From the NCBI GenBank assembly GCA_002404515.1, contig DHJV01000111.1, positions 1-63,442 of the forward strand: a stretch of DNA of 63,442 bases. The letters are read 5' to 3'. The stretch is from Lachnospiraceae bacterium UBA4711. GTDB taxonomy: Bacteria; Bacillota; Clostridia; Lachnospirales; Lachnospiraceae. Position numbers and translations under genes: made by a program. The notes under the pieces were generated by a model. The model worked only from the letters and a program-made list of their open reading frames with translations, was not told the origin of the DNA and ran no database searches. This document shows, piece after piece, positions 35,463 through 45,560 of the stretch (position 1 is its first letter; each line of letters opens with the position of its first letter).

Positions 35463-36716
35463 CTAACAGTGCCTTGTACGTATAATCATGCCTTTTTGTA
35501 TCTTCTCCGATTCGGAAACCTTCACGTGAAGCAATTGTTTTGGATGCGGTGCAGATTCCATCTCTGTGCCGTGTTCGTCGTGGATTGCAAGAACCTCCAC
35601 ATCCACATTTTCACCGTCAAATGCCATAACCTCGATGGTATCGCCCACGCAGAATTTGTTCTTCTGATGGATCACCAGTTCTCCTGCCTCTGTCACTTCC
35701 TCGATTGTACCAAGATAAACGCGGTTCTTCACATAAGTGTTACAGTCGTAGATCTGTGTCTCCTCGTTTGGTTTTCCATAATAAAATCCGGTTGTAAACT
35801 GACGGAACGTACATGCCGCGATTTCCTGACGGTAATGTTCCATCTTACTCTCATACAATTCCTTCGATGTATAATAATCATCAATTGCCTCCCGATATGT
35901 ACGGGTAACAACCGCCACATACAACGCTGTCTTCATGCGTCCCTCTACCTTGAAGGAATTGATTCCCGCGTCAATCATATCCGGGATATGTTCGATCATG
36001 CAGAGATCCTTGGAATTAAAGATATATGTGCCTCTGTCATCTTCTTCCACAGGAAGGTATTCCCCCGGTCGTTTCTCCTCCACAACCGCATATTTCCAGC
36101 GGCACGGATGCGTACAGGCGCCCTGATTTGCATCTCTGCCTGTAAAATAACTGCTGAGCAGGCATCTTCCGGAATAGGATATGCACATTGCTCCATGCAT
36201 AAATGCCTCGATTTCCATATCTACCGGAATATGTTCCCGGATCGTTTTGATTTCCTTTAATGAAAGCTCCCGCGCCGCTACCACACGTGTCGCACCCTGT
36301 TTTCTCCAGAAATCATAAATCAGATAGTTGGTGTTATTGGCCTGCGTGCTGATGTGAATGTCAATGCCGGGCAGAATTTCTTTCGCCAATGTGAAAATGC
36401 CCGGATCCGAAATAATAAATGCATCAATTTTTTCTTCAAGTCCTGTCTCTTTCAATTCATGGAAATACGCCTTAATTCCATCTATATCATCATTGTGTGC
36501 AAATATATTTACCGTCACGTACAGCTTCGCTCCATGTACATGTACATAGTCTGCTGCCTCATGCATCTCTTCGATTGTGAAGTTTCCTGCCTTTGCACGA
36601 AGCCCGTAATTTTTGCCGCCGATATAGACCGCATCTGCGCCGTAATCAACCGCTGTCTTCAATACTTCCAGACTTCCTGCTGGAATCAATAATTCCGGTT
36701 TCTGTATCTTATCCAT
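35463..36716 (-). CDS. U32 family peptidase-like protein (tRNA hydroxylation TrhP-type)
   Basis: PELLIPAG, GADAVYIGG, HGAMCISYSGRCLLS, ACTHPCRW, FKVEGRMK. Confidence 0.92.
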   Translation of the reverse strand: MDKIQKPELLIPAGSLEVLKTAVDYGADAVYIGGKNYGLRAKAGNFTIEEMHEAADYVHVHGAKLYVTVNIFAHNDDIDGIKAYFHELKETGLEEKIDAFIISDPGIFTLAKEILPGIDIHISTQANNTNYLIYDFWRKQGATRVVAARELSLKEIKTIREHIPVDMEIEAFMHGAMCISYSGRCLLSSYFTGRDANQGACTHPCRWKYAVVEEKRPGEYLPVEEDDRGTYIFNSKDLCMIEHIPDMIDAGINSFKVEGRMKTALYVAVVTRTYREAIDDYYTSKELYESKMEHYRQEIAACTFRQFTTGFYYGKPNEETQIYDCNTYVKNRVYLGTIEEVTEAGELVIHQKNKFCVGDTIEVMAFDGENVDVEVLAIHDEHGTEMESAPHPKQLLHVKVSESEKIQKGMIIRTRHC

Positions 36717-36810
36717 CTTCGATCCTCTTTCATTCGTATGCATTCTGATTTTTCAGCGAAATCATACACATACTTGCTATCCTGATATTCTATAATCCAC
36801 TTTCCTTACA

Positions 36811-37458
36811 TCATTCCCGCACAACCGAGATTGCCATACCATCCCCCACCGGCAGAATAGCTGTCTCCAGCCGTTCATCGTGTGTGAGTACATACAGATA
36901 TTCCCGCATCCGGTCATGAATCGTGCGGTTACGCTTTTCCACCAGAAAATGGGATTCTAATACTTCCCCTTCCTGCAGAATGTTATCCGATACGATCACG
37001 CTGCCCGGTTTTAACACGCGCATCACATCCGGCAGATAATAAATATACTGCGCCTTTGCTGCATCTACAAATGCAAACTCGCAGGTATCATCCGGAAGCT
37101 CCTTCAACGTCTCTGCCGCATCTCCACAAATCACCTGAATCTGTGTCTCTTTTCCAAGTCGTCTGATGTTTTCTCTCGCTTCCGCAGTCCGCTCCTCACT
37201 CAGTTCCAGTGTTGTGATCTGCGCATCTTCTGGCAGAAATCCTGTCATGTAAATAGAAGAATAGCCGACGGCTGTTCCGATCTCCAGAACACGCTTCGGC
37301 TTTTTCAATAGTAACTGTGTCTTTAATAATTCCCTTGCCTCCGGCCGGATCACCGGAACACCGCGTTTTACAGCATCCCGATATAATTCTCCCAACGCCC
37401 CGGCATCCTCCTTTGCCATTGAACGGACAAAGGATGTAATTCTCGCAAACTCATTCAT
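36811..37458 (-). CDS. O-methyltransferase (YrrM/TrmR-like)
   Basis: VLEIGTAVGYS, FVDAAKAQY, SDNIL, PVGDG; usual neighbour of U32. Confidence 0.9.
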   Translation of the reverse strand: MNEFARITSFVRSMAKEDAGALGELYRDAVKRGVPVIRPEARELLKTQLLLKKPKRVLEIGTAVGYSSIYMTGFLPEDAQITTLELSEERTAEARENIRRLGKETQIQVICGDAAETLKELPDDTCEFAFVDAAKAQYIYYLPDVMRVLKPGSVIVSDNILQEGEVLESHFLVEKRNRTIHDRMREYLYVLTHDERLETAILPVGDGMAISVVRE

Positions 37459-37460
37459 AC

Positions 37461-37928
37461 TTATTCATTATCCTCGTCGCTGCTTGTATCAATATTGCAG
37501 ATAATCTGCAAGATCTCATCGTAGGTCATGCTTGCGGACAAATGGTATTTTCCACTTGTGATCTTATTTCCATAACCTTTTACCTTTACCTTGGCATAAA
37601 AGACATACTTATCTTCAATAATCTCTGCATCCTGCAAAGCACTTCCGATCTCCATGATTGAGGAATCCGCCGGAATATCAACCACGATATACTGCTGGCT
37701 TCCCGGATGGTATGCAACATTTCCGAACACACCATAAGCAAAATTAAAGGAATATGTAAACAGCTTCACAATCAAAAATACGATCAGTACATTGACAAAT
37801 AAGCTGAACATAAATCCAGAAGAATTCTTCAAGCCCTTTCGAAGATTCTCTTCTTTTTTACGGACATTTTTCCTGCTTGTTTTTTTCTTTGCTGTTCCAT
37901 TTGTTGTTTTTTTCACATTTTCACTCAT
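37461..37928 (-). CDS. Short MltG/YceG N-terminal-domain membrane protein
   Basis: TM followed by 'IPADSS..EIG..L.DAEII...F......ITSGKYHLSASMTYDEILQII'; no catalytic domain. Confidence 0.7.
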   Translation of the reverse strand: MSENVKKTTNGTAKKKTSRKNVRKKEENLRKGLKNSSGFMFSLFVNVLIVFLIVKLFTYSFNFAYGVFGNVAYHPGSQQYIVVDIPADSSIMEIGSALQDAEIIEDKYVFYAKVKVKGYGNKITSGKYHLSASMTYDEILQIICNIDTSSDEDNE

Positions 37929-38256
37929 TGATGTAATCAAACTCCAATCCTTCTGCTATGGAATCAAACACCTGCTGTAGCAGTTTGCAGATCTGCTGTT
38001 CCGCCTGCAAAAAATCGCTCACCACAGAGTTGTGCAGCAGTTCGTCGTATTCCTTTGTCAGTTCTATCATCTCATCGTAGGGGTTTGCGCCCTGCCGATT
38101 CTGAAGCTCGTAATTCTTGGTACGGAATTCCTGCAGATGTCTGCTCAATTCCTCGTTCTCAAGAAGTGCCTGTTTTGTCCGCAGATACGTGCGGTACTCT
38201 TCAGATGCCCGGATATGTTCATTCAATTGTTTGCTCTCGTTAATAACCTGTCTCAT
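37921..38256 (-). CDS. YlbF/YmcA (Com_YlbF) family regulator
   Basis: 'LNEHIRASEEY...N.VVSDFLQAEQQ' and synteny with rnj. Confidence 0.8.
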   Translation of the reverse strand: MRQVINESKQLNEHIRASEEYRTYLRTKQALLENEELSRHLQEFRTKNYELQNRQGANPYDEMIELTKEYDELLHNSVVSDFLQAEQQICKLLQQVFDSIAEGLEFDYINE

Positions 38257-38257
38257 A

Positions 38258-39919
38258 TTAAACCTCTGTGATAATCGGCAGAATCATCGGGCTTCGCTTC
38301 ATCTTCTTCCAGAGGAAATCACTCAGCGCATCTCGAATCGCATTCTTCAATTTGCTCCAGTCGGTAATTCCCCGGTCTAAGCAGTTATCCAATGCTTCCT
38401 GCACAACCTCGCGGCATTCATCCATCAGGTTCTCTGCCTCACGCACATAAACAAATCCACGTGACACAATATCCGGTCCGGCAACCTGCTGGTTGCTTCC
38501 AGCCTCCAGTGTCACGACAACAATCAGAAGACCGTTCTCGGAAAGCTGCTGACGATCGCGCAATACAATATTTCCGACATCGCCAACACCAAGTCCATCG
38601 ACCAGAATGCCTTGTGCCTGTACTTTTCCGGTTACCTCGAAGGTATCCTCCCCGATGGATAACACATCACCGGCGGATAAAATCTTGACATTCTCCTTTG
38701 GAATTCCCATCTCCACTGCCAGTTCTGCATGACGCTTCAGATGGCGGTACTCACCATGTACCGGAATTGCATATTTCGGTTTTGTGAGCGCATACATCAG
38801 TTTTATCTCTTCCTGACAGGCATGTCCGGAAACATGAGTATCCTGAAAGATTACATGGGCACCCTTCATTTCAAGCTCGTTAATCACCTTGAAGATTGCC
38901 TTCTCATTTCCCGGAATCGGGCTGGATGAGAAGATAACCACATCGCCCGGTTTGATCGTAATCTGCTTATGAATACTGGCTGCAATTCTCGAAAGCGCTG
39001 CCATATTCTCGCCCTGACTTCCGGTTGTGATCAGCACCACCTGTTCATCCGGGTAATTTTTGATCTGATCAATCTCGATCAATGTATTGTCCGGTATATC
39101 AATATAGCCAAGCTCCGAAGCCGTCTGAATGACATTTACCATGCTTCGTCCCTCGACAACAACCTTTCTGCCATACTTGTACGCAGAATTGATAATCTGC
39201 TGTACACGGTCAACATTTGATGCAAATGTCGCAATAATAATTCGATGATCCTTGTTGTCATCAAATAAATGATCAAATACTTTTCCGATCGTTTTCTCGG
39301 ATGGCGTGTAACCCGGACGTTCCACATTTGTGGAATCTGCCATCAGCGCAAGTACGCCCTTCTTTCCAAGCTCACCAAATCGGGGCAGATCAATTGCCTC
39401 ACCAAAGACCGGTGTATAATCAACCTTAAAATCTCCGGTATGCACGATGATACCGGCTGGCGTATAAATCGCAAGTGCTGCCGCATCTGCAATTGAATGC
39501 GTTGTACGGATGAACTCGATGCGGAACGCACCCAGTGTAATCATCTGTCCATGTGTTACGATCTTTCTTCTGACGTTGTTAATATTTCCATGTTCACGAA
39601 GCTTATGCTCAATCAGCCCCATCGTCAGCTTGGTTGCGTAAATCGGCATATTCACTTCATTTTCTATATACGGAATCGCACCGATATGATCCTCATGTCC
39701 GTGCGTGATTACAAGTCCCTTTACTTTGTCCGCATTTTCCTTTAAGTATGTGACATCCGGGATAACAAGGTCGATACCAAGCATCTCATCCTTCGGAAAT
39801 GCAAGTCCACAGTCTACGACAATAATGCTGTCCTCATACTCGAACGCGGTAATGTTCATTCCGATCTGCTCTAATCCCCCAAGCGGAATAATCTTTACCG
39901 ACTTATTATTCTGTTTCAT
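38258..39919 (-). CDS. rnj: Ribonuclease J
   Basis: PLGGLEQIGMN, THGHEDHIG, HTGDFK, HVSGHA, PVHGEYRH. Confidence 0.96.
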   Translation of the reverse strand: MKQNNKSVKIIPLGGLEQIGMNITAFEYEDSIIVVDCGLAFPKDEMLGIDLVIPDVTYLKENADKVKGLVITHGHEDHIGAIPYIENEVNMPIYATKLTMGLIEHKLREHGNINNVRRKIVTHGQMITLGAFRIEFIRTTHSIADAAALAIYTPAGIIVHTGDFKVDYTPVFGEAIDLPRFGELGKKGVLALMADSTNVERPGYTPSEKTIGKVFDHLFDDNKDHRIIIATFASNVDRVQQIINSAYKYGRKVVVEGRSMVNVIQTASELGYIDIPDNTLIEIDQIKNYPDEQVVLITTGSQGENMAALSRIAASIHKQITIKPGDVVIFSSSPIPGNEKAIFKVINELEMKGAHVIFQDTHVSGHACQEEIKLMYALTKPKYAIPVHGEYRHLKRHAELAVEMGIPKENVKILSAGDVLSIGEDTFEVTGKVQAQGILVDGLGVGDVGNIVLRDRQQLSENGLLIVVVTLEAGSNQQVAGPDIVSRGFVYVREAENLMDECREVVQEALDNCLDRGITDWSKLKNAIRDALSDFLWKKMKRSPMILPIITEV

Positions 39920-39925
39920 TCTAAA

Positions 39926-40186
39926 CTAAACCTCCAAATCAATGTCTTCCAACAGCTCATCAAAGATTTTGATCACTGCTTTCAATTCGTTCTCATCTTC
40001 TACTTCTGCGTAAGAAACGACATCTCCTTCACTGTCCGGTTCCTCCTTCAGTACAAAGAAACTGCCATCCTCACTTTCTTCGTCATCTGTCACCAGAATG
40101 TAGTTCACTCCAAAAAGCGTTGTCTGCTCTAATACATACAACTCGATATCTCCATCTTCTGTTTCAAATGTAATCTTCTCACTCAT
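39926..40186 (-). CDS. DUF1292 family acidic protein
   Basis: 'YVLEQT...GVNYILVTD...VEDENEL.AV..IF'; synteny with ruvX. Confidence 0.82.
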   Translation of the reverse strand: MSEKITFETEDGDIELYVLEQTTLFGVNYILVTDDEESEDGSFFVLKEEPDSEGDVVSYAEVEDENELKAVIKIFDELLEDIDLEV

Positions 40187-40613
40187 CTCTTTTATGTGCC
40201 TCTCGATCCAGATAACTCTGCAATATGATAGCTGCCGCCATCTTGTCAATGTGTTCTTTTCTTCCGCTCACGCACACACCGGTCTCTTCTAAAATCCGGT
40301 TTGCTTCCACTGTTGTGAGCCGTTCATCCTCAAAAATAATCGGTAATCCGGTTCTGCGTTCCAGATTCTCCGCAAATTCTTTCGTTGCCTGTACTCTTGG
40401 ACCTTCCGTATTATTCATCATCTTCGGAAGTCCAAGTACGATTTTATCCACGTCGTGCTCCACCACGAGTGTCTCAATCCTTGCATAGGTCTGTCTCAGT
40501 TTATTCTCTTGTTTTCTCTCAATCGTTTCCAGCGGCTGCGCAATCAAACAAGTTGCATCTGACAATGCAACGCCAACCGTCTTGGAGCCATAATCCAATC
40601 CAAGGATTCTCAT
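40179..40613 (-). CDS. ruvX: RuvX/YqgF pre-16S rRNA nuclease
   Basis: MRILGLDYGSKTVGVALSD, GLPK, DERLTT, IDKMAAAIILQSYLD. Confidence 0.95.
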   Translation of the reverse strand: MRILGLDYGSKTVGVALSDATCLIAQPLETIERKQENKLRQTYARIETLVVEHDVDKIVLGLPKMMNNTEGPRVQATKEFAENLERRTGLPIIFEDERLTTVEANRILEETGVCVSGRKEHIDKMAAAIILQSYLDREAHKRDE

Positions 40614-40658
40614 ATTTCCCTGCTCCTTCTGCCATGCAGAAATATCCAAAGATATTCC

Positions 40659-40916
40659 TTACTTCAGTCGTGTCTCAATATAGTTTTCAAGAAGTACCTC
40701 TATGATCTCATCCCGCTCTGCTTTCATGATCAGACTTCTCGCATTTTTATAACTTGTAATGTAGGTTGGATCTCCACTCATCACATAACCGACGATCTGG
40801 CTGACAGGGTTGTATCCTTTCTCGGATAACGCCTCATACACCTGCTCTAAAATGTCAGATACCTCTATATTTGATTCATGGATAATTCCTATGTCCTGAG
40901 TATTTTGATTGTTCAC
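40659..40916 (-). CDS. ireB: IreB/ReoM (UPF0297) regulatory phosphoprotein
   Basis: VYEALSEKGYNPVSQIVGYVMSGDPTYITSYKNARSLI. Confidence 0.93.
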   Translation of the reverse strand: MNNQNTQDIGIIHESNIEVSDILEQVYEALSEKGYNPVSQIVGYVMSGDPTYITSYKNARSLIMKAERDEIIEVLLENYIETRLK

Positions 40917-40993
40917 TTTCTCACGTCCTTCTTTATCGCATTAAAAAACATTTGGCTTTATTTTAATATATGTAGCCTAAAATAGCAACTCTT

Positions 40994-43900
40994 TTATTTC
41001 AGCATGCCAAAGAAATCGTACTGGTTTGTCTCTGGAAGATCGCCCAAAAGTCCAAGTTCTTCCATCACATCGAGGATTGTCTTTGACACCTTTCCACGAA
41101 TACGGATATCCTCTTTCGACGTAAATGTGCCGCCTTTTGCCGCTTCCTCCAACTGCTGTGCCGCCTTTAAGCCCATGCCCGCAATGGATGCAAAGCTTGG
41201 CATGATCTTCCCATCTATGATCTGGAAACGGTCTGCCTTTGCGCGGTACAGATCAATCGGCATAAACTCAATGCCCCTCGCATACATTTCCTGTACCAGC
41301 CGCATATCACGCACCATATCCTTCTCCGTCGCACTCATGTCATTTTTATCCTTCTTCTGCAGGGCAGCCAGATTTTCCTCCAGTGCTTCCTTACCCAGGC
41401 ACATCTGCTGATAGTCAAACGCTGACGCACGGATACTAAAAAACGCCGTGTAATAGGCAAGTGGATATTTGATCTTGTAATACGCCACTCGCCAGCCCAT
41501 CATAACATAGGCAACCGCATGTGCCTTCGGAAACATGTACTTAATCTTCTCGCACGATTCCATATACCATTCCGGCACATCATGCTTGCGCATCTCCTCT
41601 TTCCACTCATCCCATTTGTCACATTTGCCTTTCGCAACGATACCTTTTCGTACCTTCTCCATGATATTAAATGCAAGCCCCGGTTCCAGTCCCCGGTAGA
41701 TCAGATACGTCATGATATCATCTCTTGTACAGATCGCAGATGAAAGCTCACAAACGCCCTCCGCAATCAATGTCTGTGCGTTTCCAAGCCATACATCCGT
41801 ACCATGGGAAAGTCCCGCGATACGCACCAGATCCGAAAATGCTTTCGGTGCTGCATCGATCAACATCTGCATCGCGAAGTCTGTACCAAACTCCGGAATA
41901 CCAAGTGTACCAAGCTTCGTGCCGCCGATATCCTCCGGCTTGATACCGAGCGCTTCCGTGTTATGGAACAAAGACATAACATCCTTATCATCCAGTGGAA
42001 TCGTCTTCGCATCCAATCCGGTCAGATCCTCCAGGCGACGAATCATCGTCGGATCATCATGACCGAGAATATCAAGCTTCAACAGGTTATGGTCGATGGA
42101 ATGGTACTCAAAATGTGTTGTAATAATATCGGTTGTTGTGTCATTCGCCGGATGCTGGATTGGAGTGAATGAATAAATCTCCTCATGCTTCGGCAGCACA
42201 ATCATACCACCCGGATGCTGCCCGGTTGTACGTTTCACTCCTGTCAGTCCAAGTGCTATCCGTTCCATCTCACAGCGGCGTTTCACCTGATCATGCTCTT
42301 CGTAATATTTGTACACATAACCAAACGCTGTTTTCTCCGCCAGAGAACCGATTGTTCCAGCGCGGAATGCCTTTCCCTTTCCAAAAAGCTCCTCCGTATA
42401 GGCATGTGCCTTCGGCTGATACTCGCCCGAAAAATTCAGATCGATATCCGGCTCTTTATCGCCATAGAAACCAAGGAATGTCTCAAACGGAATATCATGG
42501 CCTTCCTTTGTCATCAGCGTACCACACTTCGGGCATTTCCGATCTGGCATATCGCAGCCTGACTGTCCTTCGAACTGTTTCACAAAATCCGAATCAAAAT
42601 CTGTAAAGTAACACTTCGGGCAGATATAGTGTGCCGGAAGTGGATTTACCTCTGTGATACCTGCCATCGTCGCAACAAAGGACGAACCAACCGAGCCACG
42701 GCTGCCTACCAGATAACCATCACCATTTGATTTCCAAACCAACTTCTGGGCGATGATATACATAACCGCAAATCCATTCGAGATAATAGAATGCAGCTCC
42801 CGTTTCAGTCTCGCCTCCACGATCTCCGGCAAATTCGGTCCGTAAATCTCATGTGCCTTATCATAACAGATCGTCGTCAGTGTCTCATCGGAATTATCAA
42901 TGATTGGCGGACATTTATCCGGTCGTACCGGTGAGATACGTTCAATCATATCGTTGATCTTATTTGTATTTGTAATAACGACTTCTTTTGCGAGGTCACT
43001 GCCCAGATACTGAAACTCTGCAAGCATCTCATCCGTTGTACGGAAAAAGAGCGGTGGCTGGCGGTCTGCGTCATGAAAGCCCTTTCCTGCCATCATGATC
43101 CGCCGGTATATCTCATCCTCCGGGTCGAGGAAATGCACATCGCAGGTTGCAACCACTGGTTTACCAAACTGTTTGCCAAGGTCGCAGATCTTCCGGTTTA
43201 CATCCTGCAGGTCTTCCACGGTCTTAACCGGAGCTTTCTCATCATCGAGCAGGAACATGTTGTTTCCGACCGGCTGGATCTCATAGTAATCATAGAAATT
43301 ACATAATCTTGTAATCTCATCCTCACCCTCACCATACAACACTGCACGGTAAAGTTCACCCGCTTCACAGGCAGAACCGATGATCAGGCCTTCCCGGTAT
43401 TTGTTGATCAGGCTCTTCGGCATACGCGGACGCCGGTTAAAATATGTCAGGTGCGATTCAGAAATCAGGCGGTACAGATTCACACGTCCAACCTCATTTG
43501 CCGCCAATATGATACCATGATACGTTTTCGCTTTTCGAATCGCATCCGGGGATGCGGCCCCCGCCTCATTTAACTCATGAATTGTCGTTATGCCTTTTTC
43601 TTTGATCATCTTGATCATCTTGACGAAGATCTCAGCCGTAGCAGCCGCATCATCACAGGCTCTGTGGTGATGCTCATTGACAACGCCAAACTGCTTGCAC
43701 AGACGATCCAGTGTATACTTACCAAGCTCCGGAAGCAGAATATGTGCCAGTGTCATCGTATCTACGATCGTACTGTCAAACACCAGTCCCAGCCGTTTTG
43801 CATTCTCCCGTATAAATCCGGTATCAAAGGCAGCATTGTGTGCAACTACACTCGCATCGCCGATATACTCCAGAAATTTCGGCAGGATCACTTCTATGGT

Positions 43901-45556
43901 CGGTGCATTCTGCACCATCGCATCTGTAATGGAGGTAAGTTTGGTGATCGTATACGGAATCGGCACCTCCGGATTGACAAATTCAGAGAATGTATCCTGT
44001 ATCCGTCCATCCTTGATCCGCACGGCTCCAATCTCGATGATACGGTTATTTGTAGGGCTTAAACCTGTGGTTTCTATATCAAACACCACATATTCCGAAT
44101 CAATTTTCTGTCCTTTTTCGTTCTGGATCAGGCCCTTTACATCATCGACAAAGTAGCCCTCTACACCATAGATGATCTTAAAGTCCTCGCCCTTTTTGAG
44201 CTGATGATTTGCAATCGGAAACGCCTGTACAACGCCATGATCGGTAATGGCAAGCGCTTTCATGCCCCATTCCTTTGCACGGGCAATGACTTTTTCGATA
44301 CCAACCACACTATCCATCTCACTCATGACCGTGTGCAGATGCAGCTCGACACGTTTTTCAAGCGCGTTATCCATCCGTTTCTCCCGGAAATCATTCGCCG
44401 GTTTGATTCCGGCAACGGAAGAAAAAGTGATTTCTTTGCTGTAGCTGTCATACACCGGCACGCCCTTGATAATATAGAATTTGCCCTTCTGCAATTCATC
44501 CAGCAATGGTCCCCGGTCATCCGGCGGCACAAAGAGCTTGAACATGATTGTATCTGTAAAATCCGTAATTGAACCTGTGATAATAAACTTTCCGCTTCGC
44601 AGCTCACGATCCTCCAAAGCAATTATCTGTCCATGGATACAGCATTCTCCGGTACCTTCTTCGAGTGCTTCGATCTTGACAATATCCGCCTCACAGTTTC
44701 TTCCATAAAACACATCCGGATCCTGTGACTGCTGTTTACGATAGCTTCCATAATCACCTTTTCCGGAGAATTTGCGTTCCGGTCTGGCACCAGCGCCATA
44801 GGATTTGCCTGCGGCTGACGCCGGTTTTGTACTGGCCGCAGCTGGTTGTGGAGACTTCGGTGCAGCCGGCTGTGCGGCTGTTTTTGTTTCTGTCTGCTTT
44901 GCAGTCTTTTTATCTTCTGCACTTTTCTCTTTTTCCGAAGCATCCGAAGCAGCTTTTGCCGCCTGTAATTCTGCATTTTTCTCCTCGATCGTGCGAAGCT
45001 CCTGCTGTAAGCGCAGGGCATTTGCCTGCCGCAGCTTTGTTTTCTGCTCTAAGGAATAGCTGAATCCAACTTCGATTTCTTTTCCAAAATGGTCACGAAA
45101 ATAAGACACGAGAAAATCCCGTATCAGCTTTTCATGTTCCTTTGCAACCGAGGAATGTTCCACCGCAATACTGATCACATCCTCGTTATAATACCACTCC
45201 GCCCGGCTCATCAACCGAAATGCAATCCGGCTGATCCCGCGCAGCTCCTCTAACAGACTTTCCTTATAGTTTTCAGCGATCTGTCTGACATCATACTGTT
45301 CGGAAAGCTGATACCTCATAAATATCTGTATCTTCTTTCCTGCACCTCCCATATGATATGCATGCTGTGTCAACAATGCTTCCATACGGGTAATCATATG
45401 ATATGGAATCAGGTGGTCACTTTGCAGCGTAACAATCATCTGCTTTTTTGTCTCGTAGGTTTTGATACTCTCCACCTGCGTATCCGAAAAAAGGGCGTCA
45501 AGTTCCGCTCCACCCTTAAAAGCCGGAAATACATTACAAAATGTTTTGTTATCCAC
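40994..45556 (-). CDS. polC: DNA polymerase III PolC-type
   Basis: PHP HLHT/TDHG, embedded exonuclease VFDIETTG...HHRA.DD, GSRGSVGSS, KEPDIDLNFSGE, KIKYMFPKAH. Confidence 0.97.
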   Translation of the reverse strand: MDNKTFCNVFPAFKGGAELDALFSDTQVESIKTYETKKQMIVTLQSDHLIPYHMITRMEALLTQHAYHMGGAGKKIQIFMRYQLSEQYDVRQIAENYKESLLEELRGISRIAFRLMSRAEWYYNEDVISIAVEHSSVAKEHEKLIRDFLVSYFRDHFGKEIEVGFSYSLEQKTKLRQANALRLQQELRTIEEKNAELQAAKAASDASEKEKSAEDKKTAKQTETKTAAQPAAPKSPQPAAASTKPASAAGKSYGAGARPERKFSGKGDYGSYRKQQSQDPDVFYGRNCEADIVKIEALEEGTGECCIHGQIIALEDRELRSGKFIITGSITDFTDTIMFKLFVPPDDRGPLLDELQKGKFYIIKGVPVYDSYSKEITFSSVAGIKPANDFREKRMDNALEKRVELHLHTVMSEMDSVVGIEKVIARAKEWGMKALAITDHGVVQAFPIANHQLKKGEDFKIIYGVEGYFVDDVKGLIQNEKGQKIDSEYVVFDIETTGLSPTNNRIIEIGAVRIKDGRIQDTFSEFVNPEVPIPYTITKLTSITDAMVQNAPTIEVILPKFLEYIGDASVVAHNAAFDTGFIRENAKRLGLVFDSTIVDTMTLAHILLPELGKYTLDRLCKQFGVVNEHHHRACDDAAATAEIFVKMIKMIKEKGITTIHELNEAGAASPDAIRKAKTYHGIILAANEVGRVNLYRLISESHLTYFNRRPRMPKSLINKYREGLIIGSACEAGELYRAVLYGEGEDEITRLCNFYDYYEIQPVGNNMFLLDDEKAPVKTVEDLQDVNRKICDLGKQFGKPVVATCDVHFLDPEDEIYRRIMMAGKGFHDADRQPPLFFRTTDEMLAEFQYLGSDLAKEVVITNTNKINDMIERISPVRPDKCPPIIDNSDETLTTICYDKAHEIYGPNLPEIVEARLKRELHSIISNGFAVMYIIAQKLVWKSNGDGYLVGSRGSVGSSFVATMAGITEVNPLPAHYICPKCYFTDFDSDFVKQFEGQSGCDMPDRKCPKCGTLMTKEGHDIPFETFLGFYGDKEPDIDLNFSGEYQPKAHAYTEELFGKGKAFRAGTIGSLAEKTAFGYVYKYYEEHDQVKRRCEMERIALGLTGVKRTTGQHPGGMIVLPKHEEIYSFTPIQHPANDTTTDIITTHFEYHSIDHNLLKLDILGHDDPTMIRRLEDLTGLDAKTIPLDDKDVMSLFHNTEALGIKPEDIGGTKLGTLGIPEFGTDFAMQMLIDAAPKAFSDLVRIAGLSHGTDVWLGNAQTLIAEGVCELSSAICTRDDIMTYLIYRGLEPGLAFNIMEKVRKGIVAKGKCDKWDEWKEEMRKHDVPEWYMESCEKIKYMFPKAHAVAYVMMGWRVAYYKIKYPLAYYTAFFSIRASAFDYQQMCLGKEALEENLAALQKKDKNDMSATEKDMVRDMRLVQEMYARGIEFMPIDLYRAKADRFQIIDGKIMPSFASIAGMGLKAAQQLEEAAKGGTFTSKEDIRIRGKVSKTILDVMEELGLLGDLPETNQYDFFGMLK

Positions 45557-45560
45557 GTTT

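Noticed and set aside
40659..40916. IreB as a substrate of the island kinases
   Set aside because: IreB/ReoM is the established substrate of the housekeeping PASTA kinase (61177..63396) and sits in its normal context; nothing in the sequence links it to the island.
40994..45556. Intein or insertion in the long PolC
   Set aside because: The extra length is an Ala/Lys/Pro-rich linker; no intein splicing motifs were seen.
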